Source: Eledone cirrhosa (taxonomy: Eukaryota). Taken from it: a DNA stretch of 64,000 nt. The translations under genes and the position numbers were made by a program. Of the stretch, positions 1-13,100 are shown piece after piece. Each line of letters opens with the position of its first letter. Within the stretch, counting starts at the first letter, position 1. The DNA lies in contig OZ024750.1 of NCBI GenBank assembly GCA_964016885.1, positions 34,286,001 through 34,350,000 on the forward strand, in the 5' to 3' direction. The notes under the pieces are model-generated. The model was given only the letters and a program-made list of their open reading frames with translations, was not told the origin of the DNA and made no database searches.

Positions 1-3000
1 ATGGGCAGCTTCAGTCTTATCCTAACACATGGGCAGCTTCAGTCTTATCCTAACACAAGGGCAGCTTGAGTCTTATCCTAACACATGGGCAGCTTCAGTC
101 TTATCCTAACACAAGGGCAGCTTGAGTCTTATCCTAACACATGGGCAGCTTCAGTCTTATGCTAACACATGGGCAGCTTCAGTCTTATCCTAACACAAGG
201 GCAGCTTGAGTCTTATCCTAACACATGGGCAGCTTCAGTCTTATCCTAACATGGGCAGCTTCAGTCTTATCCTAACACATGGGCAGCTTCAGTCTTATCC
301 TAACACATGGGCAGCTTGAGTCTTATCCTAACATGGGCAGCTTGAGTCTTATCCTAACACATGGGCAGCTTGAGTCTTATCCTAACATGGGCAGCGCGAG
401 TCTTATCCTAACACATGGGCAGCTTGAGTCTTATCCTAACATGGGCAGCGCGAGTCTTATCCTAACACATGGGCAGCTTGAGTCTTATGCTAACACATGG
501 GCAGCTTGAGTATTATCCTAACACATGGGCAGCTTGAGTCTTATCCTAACACATGGGCAGCTTCAGTCTTATCCTAACATGGGCAGCTTGAGTCTTATCC
601 TAACATGGGCAGCGCGAGACTTATCCTAACATGGGCAGCTTGAGTCTTATCCTAACACATGGGCAGCTTCAGTCTTATCCTAACATGGGCAGCTTGAGTC
701 TTATCCTAACACATGGGCAGCTTCAGTCTTATCCTAACATGGGCAGCGCGAGTCTTATCCTAACACATGGGCAGCTTGAGTCTTATCCTAACACATGGGC
801 AGCTTCAGTCTTATCCTAACATGGGCAGCGCGAGTCTTATCCTAACATGGGCAGCTTGAGTCTTATCCTAACACATGGGCAACTTCAGTCTTATCCTAAC
901 ATGGGCAGCGCGAGTCTTATCCTAACATATGGGCAGCTTGAGTCTTTTCCTAACACATGGGCAGCTTCAGTCTTATCCTAACATGGGCAGCTTGAGTCTT
1001 ATCCTAACATGGGCAGCTTGAGTCTTATCCTAACACATGGGCAGCTTCAGTCTTATCCTAACACATGGGCAGCTTGAGTCTTATCCTAACACATGGGCAG
1101 CTTGAGTCTTATCCTAACACATGGGCAGCATGAGTCTTATCCTAACACATGGGCAGCTTGAGTCTTATCCTAACATGGGCAGCTTGAGTCTTATCCTAAC
1201 ACATGGGCAGCTTCAGTCTTATCCTAAAACATGGGCAGCTTGAGTCTTATCCTAACACATGGGCAGCTTCAGTCTTATCCTAACACATGGGCAGCTTCAG
1301 TCTTATCCTAACACAAGGGCAGCTTCAGTCTTATCCTAACACATGGGCAGCTTGAGTCTTATCCTAACATGGGCAGCTTGAGTCTTATCCTAACATGGGC
1401 AGCTTCAGTCTTATCCTAACATGAGCAGCTTCAGTCTTATCCTAACACATGGGCAGCTTGAGTCTTATCCTAACACATGGGCAGCTTCAGTCTTATCCTA
1501 ACACATGGGCAGCTTCAGTCTTATCCTAACACAAGGGCAGCTTGAGTCTTATCCTAACACATGGGCAGCTTCAGTCTTATCCTAACACAAGGGCAGCTTG
1601 AGTCTTATCCTAACACATGGGCAGCTTCAGTCTTATGCTAACACATGGGCAGCTTCAGTCTTATCCTAACACAAGGGCAGCTTGAGTCTTATCCTAACAC
1701 ATGGGCAGCTTCAGTCTTATCCTAACATGGGCAGCTTCAGTCTTATCCTAACACATGGGCAGCTTCAGTCTTATCCTAACACATGGGCAGCTTGAGTCTT
1801 ATCCTAACATGGGCAGCTTGAGTCTTATCCTAACACATGGGCAGCTTGAGTCTTATCCTAACATGGGCAGCGCGAGTCTTATCCTAACACATGGGCAGCT
1901 TGAGTCTTATCCTAACATGGGCAGCGCGAGTCTTATCCTAACACATGGGCAGCTTGAGTCTTATGCTAACACATGGGCAGCTTGAGTCTTATCCTAACAC
2001 ATGGGCAGCTTGAGTCTTATCCTAACACATGGGCAGCTTCAGTCTTATCCTAACATGGGCAGCTTGAGTCTTATCCTAACATGGGCAGCGCGAGACTTAT
2101 CCTAACATGGGCAGCTTGAGTCTTATCCTAACACATGGGCAGCTTCAGTCTTATCCTAACATGGGCAGCTTGAGTCTTATCCTAACACATGGGCAACTTC
2201 AGTCTTATCCTAACATGGGCAGCGCGAGTCTTATCCTAACACATGGGCAGCTTGAGTCTTATCCTAACACATGGGCAGTTTCAGTCTTATCCTAACATGG
2301 GCAGCGCGAGTCTTATCCTAACATGGGCAGCTTGAGTCTTATCCTAACACATGGGCAGCTTCAGTCTTATCCTAACATGGGCAGCGCGAGTCTTATCCTA
2401 ACATATGGGCAGCTTGAGTCTTTTCCTAACACATGGGCAGCTTCAGTCTTATCCTAACATGGGCAGCTTGAGTCTTATCCTAACATGGGCAGCTTGAGTC
2501 TTATCCTAACACATGGGCAGCTTCAGTCTTATCCTAACACATGGGCAGCTTCAGTCTTATCCTAACACATGGGCAGCTTGAGTCTTATCCTAACACATGG
2601 GCAGCATGAGTCTTATCCTAACACATGGGCAGCTTGAGTCTTATCCTAACATGGGCAGCTTGAGTCTTATCCTAACACATGGGCAGCTTGAGTCTTATCC
2701 TAAAATGGGCAGCTTGTGTCTTATCCTAACATGGGCAGCTTGAGTCTTATCCTAACACATGGGCAGCATGAGTCTTATCCTAACATGGGCAGCTTGAGTC
2801 TTATCCTAACACATGGGCAGCTTGAGTCTTATCCTAAAATGGGCAGCTTGAGTCTTATCCTAACATGGGCAGCTTGAGTCTTATCCTAACACATGGGCAG
2901 CTTGAGTCTTATCCTAACATAGGCAGCTTGTGTCTTATCCTAACATGGGCAGCTTGAGTCTTATCCTAACACATGGGCAGCTTGAGTCTTATCCTAACAC

Positions 3001-6000
3001 ATGGGCAGCTTGAGTCTTATCCAAACATGGGCAGCTTGAGTCTTATCCTAACACATGGGCAGCTTGAGTCTTATCCTAACATGGGCAGCTTGAGTCTTAT
3101 CCTAACATGGACAGCTTGAGTCTTATCCTAACACATGGGCAGTTTGAGTCTTATCCTAACACATGGGCAGCTTGAGTCTTATCCTAACACATGGGCAGCT
3201 TGAGTCTTATCCTAACATGGGCAGCTTGAGTCTTATCCTAACACATGGGCAGCTTCAGTCTTATCCTAACACATGGGCAGCTTGAGTCTTATCCTAACAC
3301 ATGGGCAGCTTGAGTCTTATCCTAACACATGGGCAGCTTGAGTCTTATCCTAACACATGGGCAGCTTGAGTCTTATCCTAACACATGGGCAGCTTCAGTC
3401 TTATCCTAACACATGGGCAGCTTGAGTCTTATCCTAACACATGGGCAGCTTGAGTCTTATCCTAACACATGGGCAGCATGAGTCTTATCCTAACACATGG
3501 GCAGCTTGAGTCTTATCCTAACACATGGGCAGCTTCAGTCTTATCCTAACACAAGGGCAGCTTGAGTCTTATCCTAACACATGGGCAGCTTCAGTCTTAT
3601 CCTAACACATGGGCAGCTTCAGTCTTATCCTAACACAAGGGCAGCTTGAGTCTTATCCTAACACATGGGCAGCTTGAGTCTTATCCTAACATGGGCAGCT
3701 TGAGTCTTATCCTAACATGGGCAGCTTCAGTCTTATCCTAACACATGGGCAGCTTCAGTCTTATCCTAACACAAGGGCAGCTTGAGTCTTATCCTAACAC
3801 ATGGGCAGCTTGAGTCTTATCCTAACATGGGCAGCTTGAGTCTTATCCTAACATGGGCAGCTTCAGTCTTATCCTAACACATGGGCAGCTTCAGTCTTAT
3901 CCTAACACAAGGGCAGCTTCAGTCTTATCCTAACACATGGGCAGCTTGAGTCTTATCCTAACATGGGCAGCTTGAGTCTTATCCTAACATGGGCAGCTTC
4001 AGTCTTATCCTAACATGAGCAGCTTCAGTCTTATCCTAACACATGGGCAGCTTGGGTCTTATCCTAACACATGGGCAGCTTCAGTCTTATCCTAACACAT
4101 GGGCAGCTTCAGTCTTATCCTAACACATGGGCAGCTTCAGTCTTATCCTAACACATGGGCAGCTTCAGTCTTATCATAACATGGGCAGCTTCAGTCTTAT
4201 CCTAACACATGGGCAGCTTCAGTCTTATCCTAACACATGGGCAGCTTGAGTCTTATCCTAACACATGGGCAGCTTCAGTCTTATCCTAACACATGGGCAG
4301 CTTCAGTCTTATCCTAACACAAGGGCAGCTTGAGTCTTATCCTAACACATGGGCAGCTTCAGTCTTATCCTAACACAAGGGCAGCTTGAGTCTTATCCTA
4401 ACACATGGGCAGCTTCAGTCTTATGCTAACACATGGGCAGCTTCAGTCTTATCCTAACACAAGGGCAGCTTGAGTCTTATCCTAACACATGGGCAGCTTC
4501 AGTCTTATCCTAACATGGGCAGCTTCAGTCTTATCCTAACACATGGGCAGCTTCAGTCTTATCCTAACACATGGGCAGCTTGAGTCTTATCCTAACATGG
4601 GCAGCTTGAGTCTTATCCTAACACATGGGCAGCTTGAGTCTTATCCTAACATGGGCAGCGCGAGTCTTATCCTAACACATGGGCAGCTTGAGTCTTATCC
4701 TAACATGGGCAGCGCGAGTCTTATCCTAACACATGGGCAGCTTGAGTCTTATGCTAACACATGGGCAGCTTGAGTATTATCCTAACACATGGGCAGCTTG
4801 AGTCTTATCCTAACACATGGGCAGCTTCAGTCTTATCCTAACATGGGCAGCTTGAGTCTTATCCTAACATGGGCAGCGCGAGACTTATCCTAACATGGGC
4901 AGCTTGAGTCTTATCCTAACACATGGGCAGCTTCAGTCTTATCCTAACATGGGCAGCTTGAGTCTTATCCTAACACATGGGCAGCTTCAGTCTTATCCTA
5001 ACATGGGCAGCGCGAGTCTTATCCTAACACATGGGCAGCTTGAGTCTTATCCTAACACATGGGCAGCTTCAGTCTTATCCTAACATGGGCAGCGCGAGTC
5101 TTATCCTAACATGGGCAGCTTGAGTCTTATCCTAACACATGGGCAACTTCAGTCTTATCCTAACATGGGCAGCGCGAGTCTTATCCTAACATATGGGCAG
5201 CTTGAGTCTTTTCCTAACACATGGGCAGCTTCAGTCTTATCCTAACATGGGCAGCTTGAGTCTTATCCTAACATGGGCAGCTTGAGTCTTATCCTAACAC
5301 ATGGGCAGCTTCAGTCTTATCCTAACACATGGGCAGCTTGAGTCTTATCCTAACACATGGGCAGCTTGAGTCTTATCCTAACACATGGGCAGCATGAGTC
5401 TTATCCTAACACATGGGCAGCTTGAGTCTTATCCTAACATGGGCAGCTTGAGTCTTATCCTAACACATGGGCAGCTTCAGTCTTATCCTAAAACATGGGC
5501 AGCTTCAGTCTTATCCTAACACATGGGCAGCTTCAGTCTTATCCTAACACATGGGCAGCTTCAGTCTTATCCTAACATGGGCAGCTTCAGTCTTATCCTA
5601 ACACATGGGCAGCTTGAGTCTTATCCTAACACATGGGCAGCTTCAGTCTTATCCTAACACATGGGCAGCTTCAGTCTTATCCTAACACATGGGCAGCTTC
5701 AGTCTTATCCTAACATGGGCAGCTTCAGTCTTATCCTAACACATGGGCAGCTTGAGTCTTATCCTAACACATGGGCAGCTTCAGTCTTATCCTAACACAT
5801 GGGCAGCTTCAGTCTTATCCTAACACAAGGGCAGCTTCAGTCTTATCCTAACACATGGGCAGCTTCAGTCTTATCCTAACACATGGGCAGCTTGAGTCTT
5901 ATCCTAACACATGGGCAGCTTCAGTCTTATGCTAACACATGGGCAGCTTCAGTCTTATCCTAACACAAGGGCAGCTTGAGTCTTATCCTAACACATGGGC

Positions 6001-6650
6001 AGCTTCAGTCTTATCCTAACATGGGCAGCTTCAGTCTTATCCTAACACATGGGCAGCTTCAGTCTTATCCTAACACATGGGCAGCTTGAGTCTTATCCTA
6101 ACATGGGCAGCGCGAGTCTTATCCTAACACATGGGCAGCTTGAGTCTTATCCTAACATGGGCAGCGCGAGTCTTATCCTAACACATGGGCAGCTTGAGTC
6201 TTATGCTAACACATGGGCAGCTTGAGTCTTATCCTAACACATGGGCAGCTTGAGTCTTATCCTAACACATGGGCAGCTTCAGTCTTATCCTAACATGGGC
6301 AGCGCGAGTCTTATCCTAACATGGGCAGCTTGAGTCTTATCCTAACACATGGGCAGCTTCAGTCTTATCCTAACATGGGCAGCGCGAGTCTTATCCTAAC
6401 ACATGGGCAGCTTGAGTCTTTTCCTAACACATGGGCAGCTTCAGTCTTATCCTAACATGGGCAGCTTGAGTCTTATCCTAACATGGGCAGCTTGAGTCTT
6501 ATCCTAACACATGGGCAGCTTGAGTCTTATCCTAACACATGGGCAGCTTGAGTCTTATCCTAACACATGGGCAGCTTGAGTCTTATCCTAACACATGGGC
6601 AGCATGAGTCTTATCCTAACACATGAGCAGCTTGAATCTTATCCTAACAT
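1..6650 (+). repeat. Higher-order duplicated block of ~1.2-1.5 kb; copies at ~1, ~1477 and ~4265, with a shortened copy at ~5800-6650
   Basis: The rare TATGCTAAC variant is at 161, 1637 and 4425 (offsets 1476 and 4264). CTTTTCC is at 947, 2423, 5211 and 6421. The ORF track repeats at 279/1755/4543 and 631/2107/4895. Confidence 0.9.
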
Positions 6651-9600
6651 GGGCAGCTTGAGTCTTATCCTAACACATGGGCAGCTTGAGTCTTATCCTA
6701 AAATGGGCAGCTTGAGTCTTATCCTAACACATGGGCAGCTTGAGTCTTATCCTAACACATGGGCAGCTTGAGTCTTATCCTAACATGGGCAGCTTGAGTC
6801 TTATCCTAACACATGGGCAGCTTGAGTCTTATCCTAACATGGGCAGCGCGCGTCTTATCCTAACACATGGGCAGCTTGAATCTTATCCTAACACATGGGC
6901 AGCTTGAGTCTTATCCTAACATGGGCAGCTTGAGTCTTATCCTAACACATGGGCAGCTTGAGTCTTATCCTAACATGGGCAGCTTGAGCCTTATCCTAAC
7001 ATGGGCAGCGCGAGTCTTATCCTAACACATGGGCAGCTTGAGTCTTATCCTAACATGGGCAGCTTGAGTCTTATCCTAACATGGGCAGGGCGAGTCTTAT
7101 CCTAACACATGGGCAGCTTGAGTCTTATCCTAACACAAGGGCAGCTTGAGTCTTATCCTAACACATGGGCAGCTTGAGTCTTATCCTAACACATGGGCAG
7201 CTTGAGTCTTATCCTAACACATGGGCAGCTTCAGTCTTATCCTATCACATGGGCAGCTTGAGTCTTATCCTAACATGGGCAGCTTGAGTCTTATCCTAAC
7301 ATGGGCAGCTTCAGTCTTATCCTAACACATGGGCAGCTTCAGTCTTATCCTAACACATGGGCAGCTTGAGTCTTATCCTAACACATGGGCAGCTTCAGTC
7401 TTATCCTAACACAAGGGCAGCTTCAGTCTTATCCTAACACATGGGCAGCTTCAGTCTTATCCTAACACATGGGCAGCTTGAGTCTTATCCTAACACATGG
7501 GCAGCTTCAGTCTTATCCTAACACATGGGCAGCTTGAGTCTTATCCTAACACATGGGCAGCTTCAGTCTTATCCTAACACATGGGCAGCTTGAGTCTTAT
7601 CCTAACACATGGGCAGCTTCAGTCTTATCCTAACATATGGGCAGCTTGAGTCTTATCCTAACATGGGCAGCTTGAGTCTTATCCTAACATGGGCAGCGCG
7701 AGTCTTATCCTAACACATGGGCAGCTTGAGTCTTATCCTAACACAAGGGCAGCTTGAGTCTTATCCTAACACAAGGGCAGCTTGAGTCTTATCCTAACAC
7801 AAGGGCAGCTTGAGTCTTATCCTAACACATGGGCAGCTTCAGTCTTATCCTAACACATGGGCAGCTTGAGTCTTATCCTAACACATGGGCAGCTTCAGTC
7901 TTATCCTAAGACATGTGCAGCTTCAGTCTTATCCTAACACATGGGCAGCTTGAGTCTTATCCTAACATGGGCAGCTTGAGTCTTATCCTAACATGGGCAG
8001 CTTGAGTCTTATCCTAACACATGGGCAGCTTGAGTCTTATCCTAACACAAGGGCAGCTTGAGTCTTATCCTAACACATGGGCAGCTTCAGTCTTATCCTA
8101 ACACATGGGCAGCTTGAGTCTTATCCTAACACATGGGCAGCTTCAGTCTTATTCTAACACATGGGCAGCTTGAGTCTTATCCTAACACATGGGCAGCTTG
8201 AGTCTTATCCTAACATGGGCAGCTTGAGTCTTATCCTAACACATGGGCAGCTTCAGTCTTATCCTAACACATGAGCAGCTTGAGTCTTATCCTAACATGG
8301 GCAGCTTGAGTCTTATCCTAACACATGGGCAGCTTGAGTCTTATCCTAACACATGGGCAGCTTGAGTCTTATCCTAACATGGGCAGCTTGAGTCATATCC
8401 TAACACATGGGCAGCTTGAGTCTTATCCTAACACATGGGCAGCTTCAGTCTTATCCTAACACATGGGCAGCTTGAGTCTTATCCTAACACATGGGCAGCT
8501 TGAGTCTTATCCTAACATGGGCAGCTTGAGTCTTATCCTAACATGGGCAGCTTGAGTCTTATCCTAACACATGGGCAGCTTCAGTCTTATCCTAACACAT
8601 GGGCAGCTTGAGTCTTATCCTAACACATGGGCAGCTTGAGTCTTATCCTAACATGGGCAGCTTGAGTCTTATCCTAACACATGGGCAGCTTCAGTCTTAT
8701 CCTAACATGGGCAGCTTGAGTCTTATCCTAACATGGGCAGCTTGAGTCTTATCCTAACATGGGCAGCTTGAGTCTTATCCTAACATGGGCAGCTTGAGTC
8801 TTATCCTAACACATGGGCAGCTTGAGTCTTATCCTAACATGGGCAGCTTGAGTCTTATCCTAACACATGGGCAGCTTGAGTCTTATCATAACATGGGCAG
8901 CTTGAGTCTTATCCTAACACATGGGCAGCTTGAGTCTTATCCTAACATGGGCAGCTTGAGTCTTATCCTAACACATGGGCAGCTTGAGTCTTATCCTAAC
9001 ACATGGGCAGCTTGAGTCTTATCCTAACATGGGCAGCTTCAGTCTTATCCTAACACATGGGCAGCTTCAGTCTTATCCTAACATGGGCAGCTTCAGTCTT
9101 ATCCTAACATGGGCAGCTTGAGTCTTATCCTAACATGGGCAGCTTGAGTCTTATCCTAACATGGGCAGCTTCAGTCTTATCCTAACATGGGCAGCTTGAG
9201 TCTTATCCTAACATGGGCAGCTTCAGTCTTATCCTAACACATGGGCAGCTTCAGTCTTATCCTAACATGGGCAGCTTCAGTCTTATCCTAACATGGGCAG
9301 CTTCAGTCTTATCCTAACATGGGCAGCTTCAGTCTTATCCTAACATGGGCAGCTTGAGTCTTATCCTAACATGGGCAGCTTCAGTCTTATCCTAACACAT
9401 GGGCAGCTTCAGTCTTATCCTAACATGGGCAGCTTCAGTCTTATCCTAACATGGGCAGCTTGAGTCTTATCCTAACATGGGCAGCTTCAGTCTTATCCTA
9501 ACATGGGCAGCTTGAGTCTTATCCTAACATGGGCAGCTTCAGTCTTATCCTAACACATGGGCAGCTTCAGTCTTATCCTAACATGGGCAGCTTGAGTCTT

Positions 9601-10149
9601 ATCCTAACATGGGCAGCTTGAGTCTTATCCTAACACATGGGCAGCTTGAGTCTTATCCTAACACATGGGCAGCTTGAGTCTTATCCTAACACATGGGCAG
9701 CTTGAGTCTTATCCTAACACATGGGCAGCTTGAGTCTTATCCTAACACATGGGCAGCTTGAGTCTTATCCTAACATGGGCAGCTTGAGTCTTATCCTAAC
9801 ATGGGCAGCGCGAGTCTTATCCTAACACATGGGCAGCTTGAGTCTTATCCTAACATGGACAGCTTGAGTCTTATCCTAACACATGGGCAGCTTGAGTCTT
9901 ATCCTAACACATGGGCAGCTTGAGTCTTATCCTAACATGGGCAGCTTGAGTCTTATCCTAACATGGGCAGCGCGAGTCTTATCCTAACACATGGGCAGCT
10001 TGAGTCTTATCCTAACACATGGGCAGCTTCAGTCTTATCCTAACACATGGGCAGCTTGAGTCTTATCCTGACATGGGCAGCTTGAGTCTTATCCTAACAT
10101 GGGCAGCGCGAGTCTTATCCTAACACATGGGCAGCTTGAGTCTTATCCT

Positions 10150-13100
10150 AACACAAGGGCAGCTTGAGTCTTATCCTAACACAAGGGCAGCTTGAGTCTT
10201 ATCCTAACACAAGGGCAGCTTGAGTCTTATCCTAACACATGGGCAGCTTCAGTCTTATCCTAACACATGGGCAGCTTGAGTCTTATCCTAACACATGGGC
10301 AGCTTCAGTCTTATCCTAACACATGGGCAGCTTCAGTCTTATCCTAACACATGGGCAGCTTGAGTCTTATCCTAACATGGGCAGCTTGAGTCTTATCCTA
10401 ACATGGACAGCTTGAGTCTTATCCTAACACAAGGGCAGCTTGAGTCTTATCCTAACACATGGGCAGCTTCAGTCTTATCCTAACACATGGGAAGCTTGAG
10501 TCTTATCCTAACACATGGGCAGCTTGAGTCTTATCCTAACATGGGCAGCTTGAGTCTTATCCTAACATGGGCAGCGCGAGTCTTATCCTAACACATGGGC
10601 AGCTTGAGTCTTATCCTAACATGGGCAGCTTGAGTCTTATCCTAACATGGGCAGCTTCAGTCTTATCCTAACATGGGCAGCTTCAGTCTTATCCTAACAT
10701 GGGCAGCTTCAGTCTTATCCTAACACATGGGCAGCTTCAGTCTTATCCTAACATGGGCAGCTTGAGTCTTATCCTAACACATGGGCAGCTTCAGTCTTAT
10801 CCTAACACATTGGCAGCTTGAGTCTTATCCTAACACATGGGCAGCTTGAGTCTTATCCTAACATGGGCAGCTTGTGTCTTATCCTAACATGGGCAGCTTG
10901 AGTCTTATCCTAACATGGGCAGCTTGAGTCTTATCCTAACATGGGCAGCTTCAGTCTTATCCTAACACATGGGCAGCTTCAGTCTTATCCTAACACATGG
11001 GCAGCTTCAGTCTTATCCTAACATGGGCAGCTTCAGTCTTATCCTAACATGGGCAGCTTCAGTCTTATCCTAACATGGGCAGCTTGAGTCTTATCCTAAC
11101 ATGGGCAGCTTCAGTCTTATCCTAACACTTGGGCAGCTTCAGTCTTATCCTAACATGGGCAGCTTCAGTCTTATCCTAACATGGGCAGCTTGAGTCTTAT
11201 CCTAACATGGGCAGCTTCAGTCTTATCCTAACATGGGCAGCTTGAGTTTTATCCTAACATGGGCAGCTTCAGTCTTATCCTAACACATGGGCAGCTTCAG
11301 TCTTATCCTAACATGGGCAGCTTGAGTCTTATCCTAACATGGGCAGCTTGAGTCTTATCCTAACACATGGGCAGCTTGAGTCTTATCCTAACACATGGGC
11401 AGCTTGAGTCTTATCCTAACACATGGGCAGCTTGAGTCTTATCCTAACACATGGGCAGCTTGAGTCTTATCCTAACATGGGCAGCTTGAGTCTTATCCTA
11501 ACATGGGCAGCGCGAGTCTTATCCTAACACATGGGCAGCTTGAGTCTTATCCTAACATGGGCAGCTTGAGTCTTATCCTAACACATGGGCAGCTTGAGTC
11601 TTATCCTAACACATGGGCAGCTTGAGTCTTATCCTAACCTTTGGGCAGCTTGAGTCTTATCCTAACACATGGGCAGCTTCAGTCTTATCCTAACACAAGG
11701 GCAGCTTGAGTCTTATCCTAACACATGGGCAGCTTCAGTCTTATCCTAACACATGGGCAGCTTGAGTCTTATCCTAACACATGGGCAGCTTCAGTCTTAT
11801 CCTAACACATGGGCAGCTTGAGTCTTATCCTAACACATGGGCAGCTTCAGGCTTATCCTAACACATGGGCAGCTTGAGTCTTATCCTAACACATGGGCAG
11901 CTTCAGTCTTATCCTAACACATGGGCAGCTTGAGTCTTATCCTAACATGGGCAGATTGAGTCTTATCCTAACACAAGGGCAGCTTGAGTCTTATCCTAAC
12001 ACAAGGGCAGCTTGAGTCTTATCCTAACACAAGGGCAGCTTGAGTCTTATCCTAACACATGGGCAGCTTCAGTCTTATCCTAACACATGGGCAGCTTCAG
12101 TCTTATCCTAACACATGGGCAGCTTCAGTCTTATCCTAACACATGGGCAGCTTCAGTCTTATCCTAACACATGGGCAGCTTGAGTCTTATCCTAACATGG
12201 GCAGCTTGAGTCTTATCCTTACATGGGCAGCTTGAGTCTTATCCTAACACATGGGCAGCTTGAGTCTTATCCTAACACAAGGGCAGCTTGAGTCTTATCC
12301 TAACACAAGGGCAGCTTGAGTCTTATCCTAACAAAAGGGCAGCTTGAGTCTTATCCTAACACAAGGGCAGCTTGAGTCTTATCCTAACACATGGGCAGCT
12401 TCAGTCTTATCCTAACACATGGGCAGCTTGAGTCTTATCCTAACACATGGGCAGCTTCAGTCTTATCCTAACACATGGGCAGCTTCAGTATTATCCTAAC
12501 ACATGGGCAGCTTGAGTCTTATCCTAACATGGGCAGCTTGAGTCTTATCCTAACATGGGCAGCTTGAGTCTTATCCTAACACAAGGGCAGCTTGAGTCTT
12601 ATCCTAACACATGGGCAGCTTCAGTCTTATCCTAACACATGGGAAGCTTGAGTCTTATCCTAACACATGGGCAGCTTGAGTCTTATCCTAACATGGGCAG
12701 CTTGAGTCTTATCCTAACATGGGCAGCGCGAGTCTTATCCTAACACATGGGCAGCTTGAGTCTTATCCTAACATGGGCAGCTTGAGTCTTATCCTAACAT
12801 GGGCAGCTTCAGTCTTATCCTAACATGGGCAGCTTCAGTCTTATCCTAACATGGGCAGCTTCAGTCTTATCCTAACACATGGGCAGCTTCAGTCTTATCC
12901 TAACATGGGCAGCTTGAGTCTTATCCTAACACATGGGCAGCTTCAGTCTTATCCTAACACATTGGCAGCTTGAGTCTTATCCTAACACATGGGCAGCTTG
13001 AGTCTTATCCTAACATGGGCAGCTTGTGTCTTATCCTAACATGGGCAGCTTGAGTCTTATCCTAACATGGGCAGCTTGAGTCTTATCCTAACATGGGCAG

